Below are positions 43,550 through 56,603 of a stretch of DNA of 64,000 nt, one piece after another. A program made the position numbers and the translations under genes. Each line of letters starts with the position of its first letter. Position 1 is the stretch's first letter. This DNA is from the human T2T-CHM13v2.0 reference genome, Homo sapiens. The notes beneath the pieces are model-generated. The model was not told the DNA's origin and made no database searches. It saw nothing but the letters and a program-made list of their open reading frames with translations. Where the stretch lies: assembly GCF_009914755.1 (NCBI RefSeq), contig NC_060934.1; one strand, written 5' to 3'.

Positions 43550-46500
43550 AATTTAGCCTGATTAAAGTGCCTAAGGGGTCTCCTGGATAATGGTTCATGA
43601 AGACACAAATCCGTCATAAATATGTGTTTCCTTTGGATTTCCCATCACCCACTTTAAGCTTCTCTCTACCTCCTCCTGACACATTTGCTCTGGTCCACCT
43701 CTTACCTCCTCCACTTTTGGTTATAGTTCTCCTACTTCAGTGACCTTCCTTGTAAACTCCAGAGTATTTTTGTAATTTGACTCCCCAAGTTAAAAAGATC
43801 TGGACTGATAAGCAAAATGTGTGGATATACAGAAAATAGAGATTATTAATTCCATTTCATAATAAATTTCTATTTTCTTAAAACTGTCACCCTGCTCCCT
43901 ATCGAGATCTGCCTTTCCTTTCTTCCTTAGGTTTCAGGCTCTGCATCTGCCAACCGTGTAGAGTAATAAAAACAGCCAAGGAAGAAATATATATATTTTT
44001 GTGGTTGACATTTTTTTCACATCTTTTTTGTTCTTTTTAGATGTTCTAATGTCCTTTAAGGATCCTGAAAGACAACACACCTAGGCTCCTTATCTCCCCA
44101 GCACAGCATCACAAACAATCACGATAGAGCATGGCGGTCTTTCCTCCCTACAGGAGAGACAGAAACAAATTTATTCACCCCTGAGGACTCCGAGGGGAGC
44201 AAGGAAGTGGGATGCTTGAGGGGCAGGGCTTGCTCCACATCTAAGCAGCTGGCCTCAGGACAGCAGCACGCGCTCCCCTTGATGAGGCCAGCTCAGGGCA
44301 CAAGAGCCTTTTCTCACTCACCAGAGATCCCAAATAAAGGCTGGTGGAACCCTCCCAGACAGAGGTCACTCGATTAACCCAGCCCGCCTCATCCTGATAA
44401 CAGGGTCAAGTACTTCTCACTGTGAAGAATTTTCAATTTATTTCACAGACAAGATAGCTCGATCCAAGCCAGCATCGCTGCTCCCCAGGAAGGCTCTCAG
44501 AGGAAGCTAAGGAAGGAGGACTGAGAGTCCTTTGCTGGGGCCCTGCCCTCCCATTCTTTAGGGCACCTCTGTCTAGGATCCCAGTTCTTTCACTGCAGGG
44601 GGATCTGTACTGCACCTTTACAAGAAAGGGGGCCAAGGCGTGAAATGAGGGGATAAGGACAGCCCTTCTCAAGTTTCCGCTGAGATTTAGAGTACAGCCT
44701 TCAAAGGAGGGGGTTCATTTCTGTTCTTTGGGTTTGCTTTGCATTTGTCTTAAATTTCTGTATAATTTATGATACCAGAAGTCAGTTGCGTTTGCCTCCC
44801 AGCATTCCCTCTCCCTTCCCCACATTGTTCTTTGAGGAATCCATGTCCTTGTCTAGTCTTGGTCCATTTGGTTCAGGGAGGGTATAAAACGTCTCAGTTG
44901 TCACTGACAGCACATTATCCCCAAGACTGCAGGGACTAGCTAAGAGATGACCACTTTAAACAGGTCAGACAAGTGAAAACTGTGAACCTGCAACTCTCGC
45001 TGGTGCAATCAGGTGAGAGGTACCGTCTTTGGATTGGGTTGATAAACTGGCTAAATAGAAGTTGGGGATGCCTGTGGCCATTCTTGCTTTCCTATGTGTT
45101 GGCTTCATTCTCAGGCCAACTTCCCATATGGTAGCCAGGAAAACAGACGGAGAGAGAGGAAGAGAGGGAAGTAATTTGGTGATACTTTTGAGTGGTTCTG
45201 AATTCATCTATGCCTCAACTGTACCTCTGGACTTCTCAATTAAATTAATTCAAAAACTCCCTTTATTTTTACCCATAAAGTTAAGTGATTAAGTCAGAGC
45301 AGAGAATGAAAGGACCCCTCCTGGATTGAAAACTATGGGTCTCCAGGAGACTCCCCTGTCTCACAGGGTCTAGACATGCACCTTGGTTTAATAAGTTGAT
45401 TTCAGGTGCATTTTTCCATCAGGGTAATAATGTTCTCCACAACTAAGACACTAATTTCTGATGTGCTCTGTTTGGCATTTGTAAAGTCACTGTGTCTACT
45501 TTGCTTTGAGTCCTGGAATAGGCTGATACACTGGCATTTTCCTTAAACAAATTTACAGTCTCTAGCTTGGTACCTTACTTTCTTTTCATGCTATAAATCT
45601 GCATAACTCGCATGAGCTCATGCCATTCAGATACATTCCTTCCTTATTGTCCTTGTTTTTCTCCATTTTGAGTAACTGCATTCATTAATGTTTTTTCCCT
45701 TATTCCCATCATCCTCTCTTCCAATACATGCCCTTGACTATACCAGTCTATTTAATAGGCCTAAACTCATTTTTTTCATTTTCCACATCTCTTCTTACCA
45801 TATAATGAACATGAATGTAACCATTATCTCTATATCTCCAGTGAACATTTTACTCAAGGCCAAGTACTTTGCTATATCATTTCTTTAATCCTCCCAGACA
45901 CCCCATGAGATAAGTGTGACTTTGGCTCAATTATTCAACTTTTCTTGTCCTCACTTTCCTCATCGGTAAAATGGACATAATAAATATCAGAGGTGAAACT
46001 AGAAACTGGTTGATATTTACGTAAACCTGTGTTCTAACAAAATAGACAGACTCTTCTACATGTGTGCCAATTCTAAGTCACACAGCCTTCAAGCAAGCTA
46101 GTTAGTTTCAGATCTCTGATGACATGGTTCACCAATGACTGATACAGTCTGCCTTGAGGGCCACACTCAGCTCTCTGAGAATGCCTTTGCAGGAAACACC
46201 CAGAAGAGACAGAGAATGAAGGGAAACAAGAAGTCTAGAGAAAGCAGACAGTCAAAGCAAGACACATCCATACATAAGTATAAGAAGTTTCACAGAATGG
46301 ACCCCTCTTCTTTCCAAATTTCCCCTCAAATAATGATGTAGAAAATACAACACTTTTAGAAAAAAACATGGAAAGTGTGAGAAATAAAAGTGCACAGATG
46401 ATGTGGTAACTAGGAAAAAAAGGTGACTCTAAATCTGTACCCTCTTCCATACTTGAAAAGATTAAAATCTGGATTTCATGAAAAACCAGTAAGATTTAGA

Positions 46501-47246
46501 GGAGGTACAACTGCAAATGTTCCTATCTAAAGGCTTTGGATAGGGATCTGCTTTCCCTCTGGGTTCTTGACAATGTTGTGATAAGAAATAATCTATTCTT
46601 TCTCCCACCAAAATGCAGTGCAGATAATAATTTGTAGAGTATGATGGGAAGCTGAGGTGGGGAGTGAGGTTAGATGCAAATCTGAGGAGTTACCTGCTGC
46701 CCACCCTTCACCTCCACTTCACTAGGAAATGGGGTTCAACAGGGCTTTCCATGAGAGCTCTGCTCTTCATTACTTGCACACAGAGAAAATTATACAGGGG
46801 AGCCTTCTGCCAAGTGAAAAAGTGGCAGCTGAAAAGAAGGTGTGTGCTAGGAGGTGGGCCATGCCATAATTTGGGGTTGTTTTTAATAAGACTATTATAG
46901 AAGTTTCTCAAGTCATCCTGGAAGACTGAAGATCATGGGGCTAGATTATGGGTTTAGTAAACAGAAAATCTCCAAGTACTGGAAGGGAAACAGCCAATAT
47001 TTACTTAGTGGCCGAGAGGAATCTTATTTTTAATCTATTTACCTGGAAGAACTGATAAATCAAAATCATTTCGTTTCTAAAAGTGCAACTAGGCCAAGGC
47101 TGATCATTTTAACTGAATGGACAAAGAAGGATAACAACAACATAATTATCCCCACTACAGAGACAGGAGAGTCTTTTAAAGTTAAAAGGAGGAAAGGGAA
47201 GAAAAAAGAAGACTAAAGGGGAAAAGAGAAAGAGAATCACACAAAT

Positions 47247-47282
47247 ACACACACAGATATACACACACACACACACACACAC
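47247..47282. repeat. Interrupted (CA)n
   Basis: Direct inspection. Confidence 0.85.
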
Positions 47283-47616
47283 TCAAATGCTCCAGAAGGT
47301 AGTGGAGATGAGGAGGAGGTGAACCCCACAGGGCAGTAGAGTTGCTCGGGAGCTAATGTTACTCATTACAAACACAAATTAGATCATCAAAGGATTAGTC
47401 ATTTGTATAAAAGTTGAACCTGTTAAAAAAGATATGCATGTCATGTCATTTGCTTCTCACGGCATTCTTGTGACAAGTATGATATTGTTCAGCAACTTGC
47501 TTTTTTTTCCACTTGATATCACGGACAATTTTTTGTGTTGGTATACATAGATTAATCTAATTCATTGTAAACTCCACAGAGTATTCCACACTGTAAATAA
47601 TTTAGCCGTTCCCTGC

Positions 47617-47983
47617 TGATATGGTTTGGCTGTGCTCCCACCCAAATCTCATTTTGAACTGCAGTTCCCATAATCCCCACTTGCCATGGGAAGGACCCAG
47701 TGGGAGGTAACTGAATCATGGGGGCAGTTACCTCCATGTTGTTCCCACGATAGTGAGTTCTCACAAGATCTGATGGTTTTATATGGGGCTTTCCCTGCTT
47801 CACTCTACACTTCTCCTTGCTGCCACCATGTGAAGAAGGACAGGTTTGCTTCCCCTTCCGCCATGATTGTAAGTTTCCTGAGGCCTCCCTAGCCATGCTG
47901 AACTGTAAGTCAATTAAACCCCCTTTATAAATTACCCAGTCTTGGGTATGTCTTTATTAGCAGTGTGAGAACAGACTAATACA
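47617..47983 (+). mobile_element. THE1 solo LTR (MaLR)
   Basis: TGATATGGTTTGGCTGTG start, ...GAACAGACTAATACA end, 5-bp TSD CCTGC/CCTAC. Confidence 0.92.
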
Positions 47984-48125
47984 CCTACCATGAATGCTCT
48001 TGCATGTGCTTTTGGTGAAGCTGTAGTTAGGATCACCAGTTTATGGGTCAGAAATGGAGGCTTAGAAAGTTGAAGACTCCACAAACGGTTGAAGCTGAAA
48101 ACGTCTCCTTTTCCAGGGGACTCAC

Positions 48126-48257
48126 CTGCTCCAGGTCATCAGTTGACCTTTTGTTTTCTCCAGCTGGATCCTGATAGGGTAGGACAAAGAGTTCAGCAGT
48201 GGTGGGTAAGCCAGGGAGCACCGCCACCAGGATGTGCTGGCCTGGAACCCCTGTGGC
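48126..48257 (-). CDS. SORCS1: SORCS1 coding exon (~exon 23), 132 nt, ATGVPGQHILVAVLPGLPTTAELFVLPYQDPAGENKRSTDDLEQ
   Basis: Acceptor CCCTCAG|GCCACA, donor CAG|GTGAGT; symmetric phase 0-0. Confidence 0.96.
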
Positions 48258-49649
48258 CTGAGGGACAGACACAGGGGCTCACATTAGTGCTGCAGAGAAG
48301 AAAGCTGAGAAGGGACCAAGTATTTGGTGGGGGGATCAGGGGTAGGCAGAAGACACCACAAGGGGCCTGAAAGCAGAGGCCTGGGCATATCAGGCAGGGA
48401 GTATGTGAGAGACAGCACTGGGCTATTAGGTCCAGGCTCCGGAGTCAGGCTGTCTGTGATTTAATCCCAGCTTCAACACCGTGAGACCTTAAGCTCATTG
48501 CTTGTGTTCTCTATGCCTACATTCCTTTAAATAGAAGACAGGACAGTTGCAGTACTTGCCTTGTTCATGGCTGATTTTGAGGATTAAATGAGTTACACAT
48601 GAAGTATTTACAGTAGGGCCTGGGGATTCAAATGTTAGCTCTTTTTGCTAGAGAGCATCTCCAAGGTGGTGACCATGCCAGTGAGAAGACCTTCACTTTA
48701 TCATCTGCCCCTCATGCCTTAGCCCTTTCTAACCTAGCTTCCTCCTTCGTCAGCCCACTGGAGTTACTCTTCAAATAGACCCACCACATCCTAACCACCT
48801 AACCTAAGAGGACATCCCCATATCACAACCCTCAGGAGGCCCCTGTTGACTTTTCTGCAGCATCAGACCTGATGACCAGCCCTGTTCCCTGAAGCACCCT
48901 GAGCCCTCCACTTGGCCACACTGACTCTTATGTTAAAATTACAGATATCACTCAAGGACTTCTTGTTTATCCTAGCTCACTGTTCTCTCTCTTGAGCTTA
49001 TACCCCAGGGTTTCCCCTGAATCCTCTCTCTAGATGCTTCTAGAATCAATAGCTATAATCCCAGCTTCTCTCTCCAGCAGTCCAATTCTGATCATGTTCC
49101 TTGTCCAAAATGCTTGCAAGAATTCCCAATGCTAACAGGATTAAGGACATATTCAAGGCCTTCTGCAATATGGTCCCATGCTTCCTTTCCAAACTAATTA
49201 CCCACAACTCTTACGCTTTTGCCAAATGGGATGATGTACAATTTCTCAATATTTCAGCTTTTTCCTGCAAATGTTCCTGTGCATGTTATCTCCACCAGAA
49301 TGTCTTTTCTCTGCCTTTGCTATTTATCCTTCATGAGTCATCTTAAAGCTTATTTATTTCATTATTTCCCAATTAGGTGATTATTTGTTTTTGAACTCCA
49401 CTGTGCTGCATTTTTTTTTGAAGTAGCAAGAAATTCCAGGTATTAGGTCCTCACCTAATGTTATAAGTTACTTAGCACAATCCCAGGTACTTCCTGGGTG
49501 TATTGTGCTAAGTAACTTATATTATTTGATGTGACCTCCAACAACGTTACTATTATAAGTAACTTATAATATTATTTTAGGCAACCTCCAACAACAACCC
49601 TTTGAAGCAAATATGATTACACCTCACTCTGCAGTGAGAACATATCATA

Positions 49650-50040
49650 TGCTGGGGTCCTCAGGAAGCTGACTCTGAGTTTAGCATGCAGGATGTTTAC
49701 TAAGAAGTGCTCTTGGGAACAACACCTATGGGAGCAAAGGGAAGGAAACAAACATGGACAAGGGAAAACTTGAGCTGCCATGTAGGCCCATGACAACTTC
49801 AAGAGACCCCGAGGGGAGACAGAATGGCCCTTCAGAGTTGTCTTAAATTGGGCTGAGATGGCCAGGACTTTACATAACTGCACCAGCCTGTCATCAGACA
49901 TGAGCCACCCTAAGAAGTGACATGACTTGGAACCCAGCTGGTGAAGACTCTGCCCATAGCCCTCCCAGAAAAGACAATAAGTGTCTCCCTGAACAGAGAT
50001 CTGGGTGGTGCATCTCAATTTCCACTCCAGGAAAGATGGT
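49650..50040 (-). mobile_element. Old MaLR LTR (MLT1-like)
   Basis: Motif similarity only. Confidence 0.45.
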
Positions 50041-51757
50041 GGCTGTAGGAAGATTAGACAGTGGCTCAAGGCCATCTAGGAAGTGACTGCTGATGCTTTT
50101 GAAGCCTGGTCTGACTGTGAAGTCTGTGTTGGGACCCAGTGCTCTGTACCTCCCTTCTCCAGACACTGACAAACAACAGCTCCTATTACAGCAAACCCCA
50201 CACTGTTTTATGCCCTTACTAGACTGTAAACTCAGAGATTGTGCCTGAATAATCTTCATTGTACACAAAAATGTTTATAATGACATTCAATTAAAGATTT
50301 CATTGTGAAATGTCAATAGCAAAAGCCATTTTGAGGAAGAAAAGGCAAACAATTTAATACTAAATTTTGTTTCATAATGAATAGCAAGAAAACTGCAAAT
50401 AAGCTGACTCTCAGTTGTACCTCTCATAGGGTTTATTAGCGTACACTTGCCAATGTGGTCCCTTGGGACTTAAAAAAGTGGCCAAGTGCAATTACTGATC
50501 TCAAAGTCAGTGCAAATTGCTGGGAACCAAGCTCTGCATCAACTGCTTCTTGGGATTGGGTGACTAGGGAGCCTTGAAAACTAGAAGGTATTAATACCAC
50601 CACCACCACTGCTATAACCCTGCCCTGAGGGATAATGAGTCAATCTGTTTATTCTGCATATTCCTGATTATGCTACACAGCAGGCTAGAAATCCTGATGA
50701 GCAGTAATTTCTAACCTAATGGACAGCTGGTAGAAAGGTGGAGGTACAGGGCATCTGATCTCTAAGTAATAAGTGTGAAGAGAAATCAGCCTGGAAGGCT
50801 GGACATTGCTGAGCTAGTGCTTGGTTGATACATCACCTGGGGGAGTTGGACAGATAGAGGACCTATGGGGACACAGGTCCCTAGAATGCTGCAGATGAGA
50901 AGAGATGGACAGTGGGTTCGTTAAAGAGCATAAGTCATCCTTCTTGGACAGCAGAGGACAAAAACCAGTTGTTACCCTAGAGACGGATGGCTCAGAGTAG
51001 AAAGGCCTATTCCTTTTAGGGTTGTAGTCTGGTAGTCGTGCCTCCTGGTGGTGATAATGTGTAACCACCAATCATGTCACAGATGCTGAAAGCCATAGAG
51101 ACAGAGGTGGGTGGCATTGCTCAGAGGCACATGAAGATACCCCTTCTTTACCCCAGTATTCCATCTATCCCTGTTTCTCCTTGGAATAAGGAAGAGGATG
51201 GCCCTAGAGTGGAGTGGTTAGGAAACCACAAAAATCAAGATTCAAACCTTGATGGTTTGACTCCAGAATCTGATCTTTAAGTGCATGACCTTGGATGAGT
51301 AACCTAATATCTCTGAGTTTCATTTCTTCACCTACAGAATGGGTAGTTCTGAAATCACGGTTTCAACATCGTAAGCTTATTTGGGGGATTAAATGTGTTA
51401 AAATAATGCAAAGCACTCAAAAGAGTATCTAGAATATTTTAAGTGCTAACCAAATATTAACAAAGGTAATGAAGACAGGGAAGACCAGCTCCTTGCAAGA
51501 GGCTGGATGTAAGATCTGTTTTCTGATCAGGAGTTATCTGAATGCCTTTATTTCATCATCTTTTTGTGTCCTGTGGCACCATGTGTTGGAAGCAGGAAAG
51601 AATGTTCAGCAAACCTAAACTGATTTTCATTCTGAGCTAAGAATATGCCCTGGGAGTGGATAACTCACTTCTGATTTTCCGCGTTTGCACAATAAGCTCA
51701 AGCTGCCCCATGAGCGGCTATCCCACTCCTCTGCTCACTCATGAAAGTAGAATAAGG

Positions 51758-52101
<344 letters not shown>

Positions 52102-52874
52102 CTAATTGCCAGTGACATTTGCTCAGGGAAGGATAAAACACAACCACCTTGTTATTCTCTGAGAAACCTTAGGAAGCTTTGTCAAATACACAAAAGCCCA
52201 GACATTGGACTCAGGCCCTTAATTTCAATTTTGCAGCTCCATCCTCTATTAGATATGAGAGTTTAGGCAAGTTACTTAACCTCTCTAAACTTCAGTTGCC
52301 TCATCTACAAAGTGTGGATAATAATTCCTTTTTGGGGCTGCTACAGTACAGAAATTTCTTTAAAAAAATGAGGAAATAGAAATATGACTAACCATCATAT
52401 ACTGAATGCTCACTGCACTGTTATGCTCACAGTTGCGGAAGTTGGAACCTGGGACCACTCTTACTAATTGTAGTCAGCCGAGGACACTTACATGCTGAGT
52501 TCCTTCACTGGCAGGTACAGTAGCTGGTTTTATAATTCCTAATGGCCTAATTGTGAACTCTGCTACAGAAATGTGGACAAAGGAGTTTAGGATGTACTTG
52601 TCCTCCTTCTCTAAGCAGAACAAGAGTCACAAGAGGCAAGGACCCCATGTTTGTCCGTGGTTCCATAGTTGCATCCCCTTTAGGGCCTTTGAGGTCTCTG
52701 CATGTGTGGGGCTCAGCTTTGCAGACATCAGGCCAGAACTTCCCATGGGCTCTAGCTTCTTCCTGCTGGGTTAGTTTGTTTGTTTGTTTTTGTACAAAGC
52801 TCCCCTTTCTGTGAAATTCTTCAAGGACAGAGAGAAAAGGTACCCGGGCAAGAGAAGAAACTGTGTGCACTCAC

Positions 52875-52987
52875 TTCCACCAGGGATTTTTTGATGACTC
52901 GACCGATGTCCCTCCTCCACTCAGGGATGTCCGGGTTGTAGTCATCCAGGTTTGGAGAAAAGGACAAGCGAAGAGACCGGAATTCCT
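52875..52987 (-). CDS. SORCS1: SORCS1 coding exon (~exon 22), 113 nt, EEFRSLRLSFSPNLDDYNPDIPEWRRDIGRVIKKSLVE
   Basis: Acceptor CCCCAG|AGGAAT, donor GAA|GTGAGT; phase 1 to 0. Confidence 0.96.
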
Positions 52988-53158
52988 CTGGGGATATAAC
53001 AGTAGATGGAGTACTATAAGTCAAATAGTCCTGTCAAGAGGTTTGTTAGACTTTATATTTTATACAAAATGGAGGGTCCTTCCCCTTCACTTACCATAGG
53101 GACCTTTTTAGAAGGCAAGCCACTACCCTGTGAATATCTCACCAGCCCCTTCTTTTCT

Positions 53159-53691
53159 TTTTTTGTTTGTTTTAAGGAGCGGAGAGTTTAATAGGCAAGA
53201 AAGAAGGTAGAAGAAAGAAGGAAGAAGCTCCCCTGTATAGAGACAGAGGGAGGGGGCTACAAAGCTGAGAGAGGAGACCACCCCCCCAGACTACCCCTGG
53301 CCCCCCTTCCCCCCTTCTCCTTTCCCCTGTCTCCCCCTTTCCCCCTTTTCTCCCCCTCCCGCCCCCACCCCCGCAGCGTGACCGATACCATCCAGTTATA
53401 TGAGGAGGCAGTGTCTGATTTGCATAGGGCTTAGGGATTGGTTTGACCAGGCATGTCATTCATGATATAGACAGGGAAAAAACTGGCCCTCTCACCCTAG
53501 CCTTTTAGTATGCAAATGCAGGGTGCCATGTTGTTCTACACACAGAGGGATACGTGGGGGCAGCCATGTTGCCAGTCACATGTGAGGGCAAGGGCAAGAA
53601 CAGGGCAGGGAATTGCCATGTTTGGTTGGACCCAGTTTCTAATGGCCAGCATTTGCATACCAAAGGTTGCCAGCAGGCTCTAAGAGCCCGT
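53159..53691 (-). mobile_element. ERV1 LTR fragment (tentatively LTR9/HUERS-P3-like) with A-rich tail and 15-bp TSD
   Basis: CCAAT box, octamers, CCTATTAAACTCTCCGCTCCTT end; flanks AGCCCCTT(C/A)TTTTCT. Confidence 0.75.
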
Positions 53692-53931
53692 AGCCCCTTA
53701 TTTTCTAAACCAAACCCCTAACTTTGTTCCATGCCTATCTTTGCAGCCTTTGCCTATTATTCCTAGTTCTAGGTTCTGCGCTCCTGGATAGTAAATGATC
53801 TGGAGCAACCTGAATGCATGGTAGGTTTATGACCCTGGGCCTCTTTGCACACACTGTTCTTCTGCCTAGAACGCCCCATTCTCCCCACTGTCCATGCACA
53901 AAATATTCAAGCTCTAGTTGAAGCACTCCCT

Positions 53932-53967
53932 GGCTCACTACCCTCCCCCGGCTCACTACCCTCCCCC
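53932..53967. repeat. Perfect 18-bp tandem duplication GGCTCACTACCCTCCCCC x2
   Basis: Direct inspection. Confidence 0.9.
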
Positions 53968-54164
53968 ATCACATTTTAATTTTCTTTTTTATGGCACTAC
54001 TCTGTTTTGTACATACTTTTTATTATTATTATAGGATTATGGAATAATTATTATGATTAGATATTTATAATTATCACTGTAATCATTCTATTGCTATCGT
54101 TTGTTTGCATGGAAGTTTCATTTAATGGAATTTTATGTTATTCAGGGATTTTCTTCATTGTCTC

Positions 54165-54605
54165 TGTAGCACCTGAGTTAGTTTGGTTCTCCAGGAAGCA
54201 AGATGGTGATTACACAGGCAAGGATTATATGAGGGGAATTCTCTGTGCGAGAAAGTGGGCAGGAAGCCACAGGAGTCATGGAGAACTATCGACCACCGTG
54301 CATGCATATAGGACAGTCAAAGAGAGGAAGAAAGAGTGGGTGACTACTCTGCAGTCTGAGGAAGGTTCAGTAAGCCTGTTCAGGAGTCTTGGAGCCAAAG
54401 TCGCTGGCAGAGGAGTCCCCTGCGTTCCAGGAATGGTTCAGCCTTAGTATCCCTGCTATACTCTGTCATTGGCAGGGTAAGTCCCTGGAAGGTGGAGCCC
54501 TAGCCCTAGCTTGGTGATAAGCTTCAGAGCACAGCACTGGTGGCCTTGGTCAGTTACACTCTCTGGAGTTGGAGGTCTGTGAAGCCCATTCTTGTGGCTT
54601 CAACA
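54165..54605 (-). mobile_element. Old MaLR/ERVL LTR
   Basis: Motif similarity only. Confidence 0.4.
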
Positions 54606-56009
54606 CTCCTTACCCAGCATAGTGTTTGGCACATAATAGACTCAGATCATATGGCTCCCCTAAAACCTGCCAGTGCCTCCACATTGCATTTAGTATAAAA
54701 TTTAGATTCTTACCACAGCCTTCCTGGCCCTACATAACCTGGTGGGGACTTCCTTTGTCCTGTCCTACCTGGCTTTCCTGCCCTCTCTGTGCTCCAGGAC
54801 CTGTACTTCCCTGTGCTCCTCAATCCTGCTGGCTCTGTCCATACCAGCTCTCTCCACTTCACTGGACTGTAGCAAACTCCCCTCTCATCATTCAGTCTCA
54901 CCCCGAGAGGCCTTTCCAACCACCCAACCTCAGGTAGCCTCCCTTCCACCATCCCATGCACCCTTCATCACTGGACCCTTTGTCTCTTTTTCACACTCAG
55001 CGCTATTTAAATTATTTTGTTTTCATTGATATGTCCTTCAAACTGGAATATAACCTCAATCAGGATGATGGCTCTGTGTTCCTGGCCCTTGTCTAGCACA
55101 CAGTAGGTTTTCAGTTACTATCTATGAGTCATTTATAATTAATAAACATTTGTTGAATAAATGTATGCTTAACTTATGGTGTAGCCTTCTCGAAATTTAT
55201 GCATTTATTTATTTAATAAACATTTTTTATGTTAAGCATGCCCTTTTGTTTCATTAGGGTCCAAGCGACATTGGGGATGCCAATTTACATTCAGGAAGCA
55301 CAAAAGTTCACTTGTACATTTCCTAACAATGCTAAGGAGTTATCAAACACATGTTTCGAAGACTCTGACATTATAAGGTATGTTTTCGTGGCAGTTAATA
55401 TATTCCAAAGAGGTATTGTTCAAAGCTTGACTATTTTATGAGTCACTGGTCACCTATGTGAATATTACCTGATGGGGAACAATGAAATGCATGTTAACTA
55501 AATAGTGTGGTAAACAGCAGTGCCAAAGAATCACCCATTAAGTCCTCACTTCTTGCTATGAAGATTTAAGTTTATGTCATTCTCATTTCTCCGTACCTCT
55601 TACCAAACTGCAGAGACTTCATCCACAAGGGAGAATGTTTATCTTAGTAAAAGGACACAAATGAGAAAATGATGCAGCTCCCTCCGTAATTACTTAGCAT
55701 ACTAACCAGCATGGCAGGGAGGCAGAATGGCAGGGAAACGTACTTAAGTTGATTCAAGAAATAGGGGATGCGTGTGGGCGGACTGAAAAGGGTAAACACC
55801 AATAATATAATATTTTTTGCAGCTGTTGAGAGAGATAAAGTCTATACACTTGCGTATTTTTATTTACAAGCAAACTTGTGCCCTGGAGCAAATTAGAAGA
55901 AACAATGCAAACTAGATTTTCTTCCTTTTAATTGATTGTGTGGCTTTGAGTAGACAAACCTTCCCCTGTCAATTTCCCAAATGTGATGCTTTTTTCAGTC
56001 CCATCATGA

Positions 56010-56455
56010 CAAGTCTTCATGTTCCCATCAATCTCACTAAATTTCAAACAAGTTTCTGTTTCTTCCTGACTGTAAGCTCCTGGACTTGCTTTTCTTAGAG
56101 TATTCTGGAAAACTTACAATTGTAAATTCCTTCTCTGTCCCTTGAGATGTAAAACTTCTACAACTCATGAATGTCTTTCTCAAGGACCTGGGAGCCATTC
56201 CTTTGAAATGTAATCATCAAGAAAGATAGCACCCCTCCCTATCTCCCAGTCTCTGCGGGAGAGTAGGAGACTGACTTCCCTAAGCAGTGATTAACTCACA
56301 CAGATGGTCTAATCACACTGGAAACCCACGTGCTTCCTAAAGTTCTCCAGTATTTTCCCACTAGCTAACCCCAGCGTTTACAAATCTTCCTGCCTTTTCT
56401 TTCAGCTGGGTTCAATCTTTCCTGTTTAACTTTGCCTGCTCCAACTTTTGTTTAA
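56010..56455 (+). mobile_element. ERV1 LTR (MER34-like)
   Basis: CTCAAGGACCTGGGAGCCAT..TTTGAAATGTAATCATCAAG motif; boundaries approximate. Confidence 0.6.
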
Positions 56456-56489
56456 GGAGTCACACCTGTCATTAAAACTGTCTGATCAT

Positions 56490-56603
56490 GGAACCAGGTG
56501 TGGTTACTCATGCCTGTAATCTCAGTACTTTGGGAGGCTGAGGAGGGAGGATCGCTTGAGGCCAGGAGTTTGAGACCAGCCTGGGCAACATAGGGAGACC
56601 CCA
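56490..56603 (+). mobile_element. Alu left monomer (FLAM-like)
   Basis: Single Alu arm. Confidence 0.85.
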
